This document shows, one piece after another, positions 56,308 to 64,000 of a stretch of DNA of 64,000 nt (the stretch's first letter is position 1; each line of letters starts with the position of its first letter). Under the pieces are notes generated by a model. It saw only the letters and a program-made list of their open reading frames with translations. It did no database searches and had not been told where the DNA came from. Source of the DNA: Candidatus Omnitrophota bacterium. GTDB lineage: Bacteria > Omnitrophota > Gorgyraeia > Gygaellales > JAMWDD01. Position numbers and translations under genes: made by a program. Location of the stretch: positions 68,794-132,793 of the forward strand of contig JAQUNK010000001.1 in the NCBI GenBank assembly GCA_028717645.1. The letters run 5' to 3'.

Positions 56308-59115
56308 ATGGAATACAAAAATACCTTAAATCTGCCCAAGACCGATTTCTCCATGAAAGCGGACCTGGCAAAAAACGAACCCGGCTTTTTAAAAAAGTGG
56401 GAAGAGATCGGCCTGTATGATTTGATCAAGGCCCACTCAGCTACCCGGCCGAAATATATCCTGCATGACGGCCCGCCCTACGCCAACGGTGATATCCATA
56501 TCGGGCATGCCCTGAACAAAACCTTAAAAGATATCATTATCAAATATAAGACCATGAGCGGATTCTCTTGTAGTTATGTGCCTGGTTGGGACTGCCACGG
56601 CCTGCCGGTGGAGCATCAGCTATTTAAGGAATTAGGCATAACCAAGCACCAGATCGATCAGGTAGAATTCCGCAAAAAGGCCTATGCTTATGCCATGAAG
56701 TTCGTGAATATCCAGAAAGAACAATTCAAGCGGCTGGGTGTGACCGGCGATTGGGAGAGCCCATACCTTACCTTAGATAAGCAATATGAAGAGGCGATCG
56801 TGCGTTCTTTCGCCGAATTGGTCGAAAAAAAATATATTTATCGCGGGCTAAAACCGGTCAACTGGTGTTTTAAATGCGAAACTGCGCTTGCCGAGGCGGA
56901 AGTAGAATATGAAGACGACGCTTCCCCTTCGGTTTATCTAAAATTTGAACTGTTGGCTGCGCAGAAAAATTTACCGGCTATCCCGCAAGGGAAAAAAGTT
57001 TATGCTATTGTCTGGACGACTACGCCCTGGACATTGATCGCCAACGTAGCCATTGCCGTGCATCCTAATTTTGAATATGCGCTGGTTGAAACCGGGAATG
57101 AGATCTGGATAATCCAAAAAGACCTGGCCACTTCAGTTTTAGAAAAATTAGGCATCAAAGACTATAAGATAAAAAGTTATGTTTTAGGAAAGGATTTGGA
57201 CAGCGCGCAATATAACGATATCTTTAAGCCGGCCAGGCGCACAAATTTTAGATTCGTCCTGGCAGATTATGTTTCCAAAGAAGAAGGGACCGGCTGTGTG
57301 CATACCGCACCCGGCCACGGCCAGGAAGATTATTTAAGCGGCCAGCGTTATAATCTTGAAACAGTCATGCCGGTGAATGGCAAGGGCGAATTCTTCCAGG
57401 ACATTGCTATGGAATTTAAGGGACAGCATGTGTTTTCCGCCAACGAAAAGATCATCACGAAATTAAAACAACAAGGAAGCCTGCTTTATTCCGGAGAGAT
57501 CGCGCATACCTACCCGCACTGCTGGCGTTGCAAGACCCCGATCATCTTCAGGGCCACTGAGCAGTGGTTTTTAAAGATCGACCACGAGGGCTTGAGGAAA
57601 AAACTTCTTGCGGCCATAGCCAACCAGGTAAAATGGGTTCCTCCGGCCGGTAAAGAAAGGATTTCCGCGATGGTCGAATTAAGGCCGGACTGGTGCCTTT
57701 CGCGGCAGAGGTTATGGGGAGTACCCATACCTGCTTTAATTTGTACGCATTGCACTAAAGAGTTCCTGGATATAAAAGTAATTGAAAAATTCGCAGATAC
57801 CGTGGCAAAAGAGGGTTCGGATAGCTGGTTTACCAAAGATGTCAAAGAATTTTTACCCGCGGGTTTAAAATGCCCGCATTGCGGTGCCGAAGGATTTCTG
57901 AGATCCAGCGATATCCTTGATGTCTGGTTTGATTCTGGGGTGAGCAGTCAGGCCGTGCTTAAAAAGAGAAAGGAACTGGAATTTCCCGCTGCGCTTTATC
58001 TAGAGGGCTCTGACCAGCATCGGGGATGGTTTCAATCATCGCTGATCCCCGCAATGTGCATTGACGGTAAACCGCCTTTTAAAAGTGTACTCACACACGG
58101 ATTCGTAGTTGACGGAGAAGGAAAAAAGATGTCTAAGTCCCAGGGTAATGTCATTTCGCCCCAGGACATCATCCATAAATACGGCGCGGATATATTAAGG
58201 CTGTGGGTTGCCTCTAGCAATTACAATGAAGATATCCGTATTTCCGAAGAGATATTGAAGAATCTTATAGATGCATACCGTAAGATCCGTAATACCGCCA
58301 GGTTCCTGCTGGGCAATCTTGCGGACTTCGATCCTGTCAAAGACGCAGTAGATTATGAAAAACTGGATGATCTGGATAAATGGGCTTTGTACAGGCTTGA
58401 GGTAGTGCGCCAGGAAGTAGAGAAGGCCTATGAAAGTTTTGATTTTTGCCGGGCATTCCAGGAAATTTATAATTTTTGTAATATCGATCTCTCCAGTTTC
58501 TATCTGGATATCTTAAAGGATAAGCTTTATACCTTTAAGCGCAATTCTCTCTCTCGGCGCGCCTCGCAAACGGTACTCTGTGAAATCCTTTCTTACCTGG
58601 TGAGGCTTATTGCACCGATCCTTGCCTTTACTGCGGAAGAACTATTTAAGCACCTGCCCAAAAAACATGACTATGTAAATACCGAAAGCGTCCATCTTCT
58701 TTCCTGGCCCAAGCCCGAAGCCCGCTGGTTGAACCGGGAAGTGAGCGAGAAGCTGGATATCCTTTTTAAGATAAGGCCGCATATCCTGAAGCAGATAGAA
58801 GAACTACGCACGCAGGGCGGCATCGGCAGTTCCCTGGAGGCACAATTAATTTTGTTGACAAACAACGCAAAACGGTATACATTCTTAGCAAGTTATAAAG
58901 ATATTTTGTCCGCTGTTTTTATCGTTTCTAGCGTTAAAATAGAAAAGGTAGAGGTTTTAGAAAAACCTTTAAGCGAGGAATTGAACGACCTGGCAATAAA
59001 AGTAGCGCGTTCAGATGGTGAAAAATGCGCACGCTGCTGGAACTGGCGGCCGTCTGTTGGAGGGAATAAGGAACATCCTACGTTGTGTGACAGGTGCCTG
59101 GAAGCGATTAAGTAA
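56308..59115 (+). CDS. ileS: Isoleucine--tRNA ligase.
   Basis: HIGH (PYANGDIHIGH) and KMSKS motifs, a CP1 editing domain and a C-terminal zinc-binding CARCWNW...CDRC. Confidence 0.95.
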   Translation: MEYKNTLNLPKTDFSMKADLAKNEPGFLKKWEEIGLYDLIKAHSATRPKYILHDGPPYANGDIHIGHALNKTLKDIIIKYKTMSGFSCSYVPGWDCHGLPVEHQLFKELGITKHQIDQVEFRKKAYAYAMKFVNIQKEQFKRLGVTGDWESPYLTLDKQYEEAIVRSFAELVEKKYIYRGLKPVNWCFKCETALAEAEVEYEDDASPSVYLKFELLAAQKNLPAIPQGKKVYAIVWTTTPWTLIANVAIAVHPNFEYALVETGNEIWIIQKDLATSVLEKLGIKDYKIKSYVLGKDLDSAQYNDIFKPARRTNFRFVLADYVSKEEGTGCVHTAPGHGQEDYLSGQRYNLETVMPVNGKGEFFQDIAMEFKGQHVFSANEKIITKLKQQGSLLYSGEIAHTYPHCWRCKTPIIFRATEQWFLKIDHEGLRKKLLAAIANQVKWVPPAGKERISAMVELRPDWCLSRQRLWGVPIPALICTHCTKEFLDIKVIEKFADTVAKEGSDSWFTKDVKEFLPAGLKCPHCGAEGFLRSSDILDVWFDSGVSSQAVLKKRKELEFPAALYLEGSDQHRGWFQSSLIPAMCIDGKPPFKSVLTHGFVVDGEGKKMSKSQGNVISPQDIIHKYGADILRLWVASSNYNEDIRISEEILKNLIDAYRKIRNTARFLLGNLADFDPVKDAVDYEKLDDLDKWALYRLEVVRQEVEKAYESFDFCRAFQEIYNFCNIDLSSFYLDILKDKLYTFKRNSLSRRASQTVLCEILSYLVRLIAPILAFTAEELFKHLPKKHDYVNTESVHLLSWPKPEARWLNREVSEKLDILFKIRPHILKQIEELRTQGGIGSSLEAQLILLTNNAKRYTFLASYKDILSAVFIVSSVKIEKVEVLEKPLSEELNDLAIKVARSDGEKCARCWNWRPSVGGNKEHPTLCDRCLEAIK

Positions 59116-59121
59116 GGCTAC

Positions 59122-59529
59122 GTGGATATTCAAGGAGGCTTGATTAAAGTGAAAAAGAAACTGGATAAAAAAGAATTATTAGAGTTTAAGAAATTGGTCT
59201 TGAAGAAAAAAAGCGAGCTCATTGAGCAGATAAACCATATCTCCGAAGATACCCTGAAAAAGTCTCCCAAGGAGGCCTCCGGCGATATCTCCAGCTATAC
59301 CTACCATATGGCAGACGTAGCCACGGATACCTATGACCGCGAGTTCAGTATGTCTCTGGCTTCTAATGACAGGGCGATATTCTATGAAATCGAGGACGCC
59401 TTAAAAAAGATAGAAGACGGCACCTATGGCATTTGCGAAGAATGCAAAGACTTCATTGCAAAGGTAAGGCTAAGGGCGATCCCTTATGCGCGCCTTTGCC
59501 TGAAATGCCAAGAAAAGAAAGAAAAATAA
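59122..59529 (+). CDS. DksA/TraR-family C4-type zinc-finger protein.
   Basis: C-terminal CEECKDFI...CLKCQ four-Cys zinc finger preceded by a coiled-coil. The ileS-dksA-like-lspA arrangement occurs in several lineages. Confidence 0.7.
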   Translation: MDIQGGLIKVKKKLDKKELLEFKKLVLKKKSELIEQINHISEDTLKKSPKEASGDISSYTYHMADVATDTYDREFSMSLASNDRAIFYEIEDALKKIEDGTYGICEECKDFIAKVRLRAIPYARLCLKCQEKKEK

Positions 59530-59541
59530 CCCCCTTACTTT

Positions 59542-59988
59542 ATGGCCATTGTAAGCATAATCATCTTTGGCCTCATTCTTGATCAATCCACTAAATTTCT
59601 TGCCTTAAGGAATCTGGCCGTAAATGAATCCATCCCGGTGCTGAAAGGCATCTTTCACCTCACTTTGGTTTTTAATCGGGGTGCCGCTTTCGGCATATTC
59701 AAGAATTATACCACCTTTTTAATTATTGCTTCCTGTGCTACCATTCTTTTCATCGTCCTGAGCCTTAAGGAAAGTAGAAAGGTCAATCTGGTAAATATTT
59801 CTTTAAGTTTGATCTTAAGCGGGGCAATAGGAAATTTAATAGATCGGCTCAGGCTTGGCCTGGTCGTGGATTTCCTGGATTTCCGCGTTTGGCCCGTGTT
59901 TAATGTTGCGGACAGCATAATTACCATAGGCGCCTTATTATTGGCGTTCTCTTTATTCAGGCCCGGCAATGCAACCCATAATTTGTGA
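59542..59988 (+). CDS. lspA: Lipoprotein signal peptidase II.
   Basis: NRGAAFGIF, GNLIDR and FNVADS conserved SPase II boxes. Confidence 0.9.
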   Translation: MAIVSIIIFGLILDQSTKFLALRNLAVNESIPVLKGIFHLTLVFNRGAAFGIFKNYTTFLIIASCATILFIVLSLKESRKVNLVNISLSLILSGAIGNLIDRLRLGLVVDFLDFRVWPVFNVADSIITIGALLLAFSLFRPGNATHNL

Positions 59989-60706
59989 TATCGGCCCAAT
60001 ACATATTTTTTCTTACGGCCTGCTGCTAGTCTTGGCTCTTTTTACCGCTACGTTTTTAGCGGAGAAAGAAGCGGCAAGAGTGGGCATAAGCACGGATTTG
60101 ATCTGGAATATCGCGTTTATTTCCATCGTATCCGGCATCATCGGAGCACGCATATTCTATGTCCTTGAAAATATACAATTTTATTCCAAGCATACCCTGG
60201 AAATAATTCTATTGCAACATGGTGGATTGAGCTGGTTCGGGGGGCTGGGCCTGGGGCTTTTCAGCGCGTTCTATTACATGAAAAAGAAGTCCCTGCCGGT
60301 GGTCAAGATGCTTGATTTTTGGGCACCGTACCTTGCGCTTGCACACGCGATCGGTAGGATCGGTTGTCTCTTAAATGGGTGTTGCTATGGCAGGCCTTCA
60401 CCTTACGGCATTTATTTCCCGGTGCACGATAAAGTGCTCATACCCATCCAGATGTATTCGAGCCTGGCGCTTCTTTCCATCTTTATTATCCTCAGATTAT
60501 TACAGAAAAAACCCCGCCCCACAGGATTTATTATCTATACGTACCTTTTCCTGTATTCGATAGAAAGATTTATTATTGAATTTTTCCGCGCGGATAATAA
60601 GCAGATCATTTACGGCCTGACCTTATTTCAGATTATCGCCGCCGCTATATTTTTATTTTCGGCGGCAAAACTTTTTTTCTTAAGCAGGCCAAAGGTCTTA
60701 AAGTGA
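59969..60706 (+). CDS. lgt: Phosphatidylglycerol--prolipoprotein diacylglyceryl transferase.
   Basis: Lgt signature GRIGCLLNGCCYG with a multi-TM topology. Confidence 0.9.
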   Translation: MQPIICDIGPIHIFSYGLLLVLALFTATFLAEKEAARVGISTDLIWNIAFISIVSGIIGARIFYVLENIQFYSKHTLEIILLQHGGLSWFGGLGLGLFSAFYYMKKKSLPVVKMLDFWAPYLALAHAIGRIGCLLNGCCYGRPSPYGIYFPVHDKVLIPIQMYSSLALLSIFIILRLLQKKPRPTGFIIYTYLFLYSIERFIIEFFRADNKQIIYGLTLFQIIAAAIFLFSAAKLFFLSRPKVLK

Positions 60707-61605
60707 AGGAATATAAACTTAAGGTTTCCGAACAAGACTCAGGCAAGCGCCTCGATGCTTATATCCTGGAATCCTGCCGAAAGCACGAACTCGAATTTTC
60801 CCGCACGCACATCCAGAAGCTCATCCGTCAGGGCTATGTGGCTATAAACGAAAAGAAGCTTACGCCTAATTATAAGGTAAAGACGGGCGAGCTCATCAAT
60901 TTAAGCCTGGAAGAAAAAAAGCCTTTCCCGATAAAAGCCGAAAAGATACCCTTAGATATTGTCTATGAAGATGATGATGTGATCGTGGTGAATAAGCCTA
61001 TAGGCCTGGTGGTGCATCCTGCGGCGGGAAATCTGGAACATACCCTGGTGCAGGCCCTGCTTTTTCATAGTTCCAGGCTCTCCGATGTTAATCCCGAACG
61101 GCCCGGCATCGTGCATCGTTTGGACAAAGATACCTCGGGGCTTCTTCTGGTGGCGAGGACCAATGACGCGCATCAAAAATTGGTTAAACAATTCAGTAAA
61201 CATACCGTTAAGCGCCGTTACGTTGCCCTCGTCAAGGGCAGGGTGGAATTTGACGAAGGCAGCATTGATCTGCCTATAGGCAGGCACAGGATCAACCGCG
61301 AAAAAATGTCGGTGAGTTTCTTGCCCGAGGCCAAGGATGCGGTCACCCATTATCGTACACTTAAGCGGGGCAGGGATTATAGCCTGCTAGAACTTACTCC
61401 TTATACCGGCAGAACCCACCAACTGCGTGTGCACCTGGCTTCTTTGGGGCATCCTATCTGCGGCGATAAAAAATACGGCAAGACAGATACCTTTAAAAGG
61501 CTCATGCTGCATGCCCGATACATCGGATTTATACATCCCAAGAGTAAAAAATTCCTGGAATTCTCGACCGACATACCGCAGGAGTTCTCACAGCTGTTTA
61601 AGTGA
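60703..61605 (+). CDS. rluD: RluA-family 23S rRNA pseudouridine synthase (RluD-like) with an N-terminal S4 domain.
   Basis: S4 RNA-binding N-terminus (RLDAYIL), catalytic HRLDKDTSGLLL motif and GRTHQLRVHL. Confidence 0.85.
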   Translation: MKEYKLKVSEQDSGKRLDAYILESCRKHELEFSRTHIQKLIRQGYVAINEKKLTPNYKVKTGELINLSLEEKKPFPIKAEKIPLDIVYEDDDVIVVNKPIGLVVHPAAGNLEHTLVQALLFHSSRLSDVNPERPGIVHRLDKDTSGLLLVARTNDAHQKLVKQFSKHTVKRRYVALVKGRVEFDEGSIDLPIGRHRINREKMSVSFLPEAKDAVTHYRTLKRGRDYSLLELTPYTGRTHQLRVHLASLGHPICGDKKYGKTDTFKRLMLHARYIGFIHPKSKKFLEFSTDIPQEFSQLFK

Positions 61606-61612
61606 GGAAATT

Positions 61613-61640
61613 CTTGATTTTTAAATTTATGTTGTTATAA
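61613..61640 (+). promoter_or_regulatory. Sigma70-like promoter with an extended -10 (TTGATT-16 nt-TGTTATAAT).
   Basis: TTGATT at 61613-61618 and TG-n-TATAAT at 61632-61640, upstream of the coiled-coil protein gene. Confidence 0.45.
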
Positions 61641-61727
61641 TCAAATGAAGGCTTGATCTAGCGAGCGATAACGAAGCTAAGTCACGGGTCAAATTGCGCA
61701 TTAAAAAATATTTAGAGGGAGGAAAAA

Positions 61728-62525
61728 ATGTTTGGTTCAGAGAAATCGATGAAGCAAGCACTAATCGCCGCCGCGATCTTATTGGTGGTTTTTGGTTTTC
61801 TTTTCTTTGGCGAACATTCAAAAAGAAGTTCTTTGGAAAGGCAGCTTAATGAAGTAAACACGAAGTTAGCCTCGACGCAGGCCGCATTGAGCAGCGCGAA
61901 CAAAGAGGTAGACACCCTTGCGCAAAAACTGCAAATGACGGATATAAATTTACGCAATACTACCGAAGAGCTGAATAACCTGAAAGAAACCAAAAAAGAA
62001 CTGATGGCTCAGCTTGACCAGGTACGCGAGGAATTACAAAAACAGGTTTATGAAAAACTGGATCTGAAGCAGCGCCTGGATAAGGCAAAGGAAGAAGTCA
62101 AGTCGATCCAGGATGAATTGGGTAAGATGGAGGCAGTAAGGGCCGATCTAGAGGCGAAGATCAAAGATATAGAAGCAACGAGCACTTCGATAAAATCCAA
62201 TTCTAATATAGAACTTGGCCAGGTAGTCGTAGGCGGAGAAGGTGTTGCCAAGGCTGTTCCTGCGCAGCCCAGGGTAAAACCCACGCAACCCCTGAATGGG
62301 ACGGTCCTGGTAGTAAATAAAGAATACAATTTTGCCGTAATAAATTTAGGTAATAAGGATGGCCTGGGCCCGGATGATACTATCGCTGTGTACGACAAAG
62401 AAAAATTCATCGGAGACGTGAAAGTAGAAAAACTGCAGGAGGCAATGGCTGCGGTGAACTTCCTTACCCCCAGGTTAAAAGACAAGTTGGTTGCAGAAAA
62501 GGAATATGTTTTCAAGGTAAAGTGA
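61728..62525 (+). CDS. Hypothetical membrane-anchored coiled-coil protein.
   Basis: N-terminal TM segment, a ~130-aa heptad-rich coiled-coil (LERQLNEVNTKLAST...LEAKIKDIE), and a C-terminal ~90-aa beta-rich domain (VLVVNKEYNFAVINLGNKDG). Confidence 0.45.
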   Translation: MFGSEKSMKQALIAAAILLVVFGFLFFGEHSKRSSLERQLNEVNTKLASTQAALSSANKEVDTLAQKLQMTDINLRNTTEELNNLKETKKELMAQLDQVREELQKQVYEKLDLKQRLDKAKEEVKSIQDELGKMEAVRADLEAKIKDIEATSTSIKSNSNIELGQVVVGGEGVAKAVPAQPRVKPTQPLNGTVLVVNKEYNFAVINLGNKDGLGPDDTIAVYDKEKFIGDVKVEKLQEAMAAVNFLTPRLKDKLVAEKEYVFKVK

Positions 62526-63853
62526 TCCCTTTTTCCGTCAGGCATTCGGGGCATTTAAAGGGAGAGCTTAAGCTTTCCGGCGATAAGTCCATAACTCACC
62601 GCGCGATAATCGCCGGCGCAATTTCCGTCGGAAAAACCAGAATAAATAACCCCGCCGTAAATCTCGATTCTTTCCACACCACCCAAGCTTTTCGTAAACT
62701 TGGTATCCGCATTGTTCAACACTCTGCAAAATATATTACTGTTTTCGGCAATGGCCTGAGGGGGTTGCGCCAGGCGGCTGGGCCGGTCTATGTCGGTGAT
62801 TCCGGCACGACCATCAGGCTGCTGAGCGGTCTTTTGGCCGGCCAGGCATTCGATTCTACACTTACTGCAGGAAGATCTTTATCTGGCCGTCCGATGAAAA
62901 GGGTAATAGCGCCTATCCGTTTGATGGGCGGTGATATTTCTGCCAGGCACTTAAAAGGCAGCACGGAACTTTATCCTCCGCTTAAGATAAAAGGCAGGGC
63001 TTTAAAAGGGGTCGTTTATAAATTACCCGTAGCCTCTGCGCAGGTAAAATCGGCGATTATTTTGGCTGCGCTCTATGCAAAAAATAAGACCCGGATCATC
63101 GAGCCGATCAAGACGCGCGACCATACCGAAAGGATGTTGAAACTATTTAAGGCGGATATAAAAGTTAGCGGAAAGGCGATTACGGTTAAACCCGCCGAGG
63201 AACTTATTTCGCCCGGTTCGATCGTAGTACCCTCGGATATTTCTTCGGCAAGTTTCTTTATCGTGGCCGCACTGCTTTTACCCGGCTCAAGGATCAGGAT
63301 CAGGTCTGTCAGCCTTAATCCTACGCGCACGGGTTTTCTGCGCGTATTAAAACGTATGGGTGCGGATATTACTATTTATCCTTCAACACTTCATCCTTCT
63401 TTCGGCGAGCCGCGGGGCGATATCTTAGTAAGAAGCAGCCGGCTTAAAGGAACCATCGTTAAGAAAGAGGAAATACCTTCTTTGATCGACGAGCTGCCTA
63501 TTTTGATGACCGCGGCCTGTTTTGCCCAGGGTAAAACCCGTTTTATCGGCGTAAAAGAACTGAGGGTGAAGGAAACAGACCGGGTCAATTCGCTGGTGGC
63601 GAACCTGAAGAAGATGGGCGCTAAAATAGGGGTCGTGCGGGTAAGAGGCAAAGATGAAACGGTCCTGGTCCATGGCTCAGGGGCCCTGAGCGGGGCAAGG
63701 GTGAAGAGTTACGGCGACCATCGCACGGCAATGAGCTTGGTGGTCGCAGGCCTGGCGGCAAGAGGGAAAACCGGTATTGATGATATCTCTTGCATAGAAA
63801 AGTCTTTTCCTGATTTCACGCGGAAGTTGAGACATTTATTAAAGAAAGTTTGA
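62522..63853 (+). CDS. aroA: 3-phosphoshikimate 1-carboxyvinyltransferase (EPSP synthase).
   Basis: LSGDKSITHRA and VGDSGTTIRLL motifs. 443 aa. Confidence 0.9.
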   Translation: MIPFSVRHSGHLKGELKLSGDKSITHRAIIAGAISVGKTRINNPAVNLDSFHTTQAFRKLGIRIVQHSAKYITVFGNGLRGLRQAAGPVYVGDSGTTIRLLSGLLAGQAFDSTLTAGRSLSGRPMKRVIAPIRLMGGDISARHLKGSTELYPPLKIKGRALKGVVYKLPVASAQVKSAIILAALYAKNKTRIIEPIKTRDHTERMLKLFKADIKVSGKAITVKPAEELISPGSIVVPSDISSASFFIVAALLLPGSRIRIRSVSLNPTRTGFLRVLKRMGADITIYPSTLHPSFGEPRGDILVRSSRLKGTIVKKEEIPSLIDELPILMTAACFAQGKTRFIGVKELRVKETDRVNSLVANLKKMGAKIGVVRVRGKDETVLVHGSGALSGARVKSYGDHRTAMSLVVAGLAARGKTGIDDISCIEKSFPDFTRKLRHLLKKV

Positions 63854-63902
63854 TTATCCTGATCCGTAGGCTTGCTAGCCAATTTTTGTCATAAATTTTT
63901 AT

Positions 63903-63931
63903 TTGACATTGAGTTAAAACTTTGGTAATAT
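63903..63931 (+). promoter_or_regulatory. Sigma70-like promoter (TTGACA-17 nt-TAATAT).
   Basis: TTGACA at 63903-63908 and TAATAT at 63926-63931, followed by an ATG at 63939. Confidence 0.4.
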
Positions 63932-63938
63932 GCCTTCA

Positions 63939-64000
63939 ATGATTACTTTTAAACAAATCCAACACTTAATAAAGAAAGCTGCAGACAAAGTCCTTTCGCT
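63939..64000 (+). CDS. 5' end of an unidentified CDS truncated by the window edge.
   Basis: ATG at 63939 with an open frame (MITFKQIQHLIKKAADKVLS...) running to the window end. It sits close to the promoter, so it may be leaderless. Confidence 0.25.
   Translation, partial: MITFKQIQHLIKKAADKVLS

Overview
This is a 64 kb bacterial chromosomal segment that looks moderately AT-rich by eye. Every convincing gene is on the + strand; all minus-strand ORFs are short and nested inside + strand genes. It carries about 75 tightly packed or overlapping co-directional CDSs, one tRNA-Pro and one FMN riboswitch.

Content in order:
- 1-2885: a glycosylation trio (GT39 membrane glycosyltransferase with its 5' end truncated at the window edge, GT2, HAD).
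- 2889-16919: a 14 kb energy-converting group 4 [NiFe]-hydrogenase locus. It starts with a DUF362 FeS protein, a HydB/AsrA-like FeS protein and a HydG/AsrB/PyrK-like FAD-NAD(P) [2Fe-2S] oxidoreductase, then a HycB-like polyferredoxin, NuoH-, NuoB-, NuoC- and NuoD-like subunits, a NuoL-like subunit, Mrp antiporter subunits B, B', C, D, E, F, G and a NuoI-like ferredoxin. It ends with an unusual fusion of a HypC-like domain to a HydE-type ([FeFe]-hydrogenase maturase) radical SAM enzyme.
- 17047-21834: nadE, a LarE-like PP-loop sulfur transferase, a cysteine desulfurase and birA.
- 21866-27808: an FMN-riboswitch-controlled riboflavin operon (ribBA, ribH, nusB, PHP phosphoesterase, ribD, a degenerate-GGDEF membrane protein, ribE).
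- 27913-27991: tRNA-Pro(CGG), preceded by a fragment duplicating its 5' end.
- 28010-37805: housekeeping genes (ligA, xerD, CCA-type nucleotidyltransferase, rbfA, nrnA, truB, ribF).
- 37994-53888: a complete dcw cell-wall/division cluster (mraZ, rsmH, ftsL, ftsI, murE, murF, mraY, murD, ftsW, murG, murC, murB, ddl, ftsQ, ftsA) that ends at ftsA with no ftsZ.
- 53949-64000: yggS, proC, mtnP, ileS, a DksA/TraR zinc-finger protein, lspA, lgt, rluD, a coiled-coil membrane protein and aroA.

The most interesting candidates are the apparently NAD(P)H-linked, Mrp-coupled membrane hydrogenase and the HypC-HydE fusion maturase next to it. Further observations: the LarE-like protein has three cluster-type Cys and sits between nadE and a cysteine desulfurase; 19-bp inverted repeats bracket ribBA; there is a three-repeat MraZ-box-like operator; and there is the tRNA 5' duplicate fragment. 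No CRISPR array, rRNA, transposase or prophage genes are evident.
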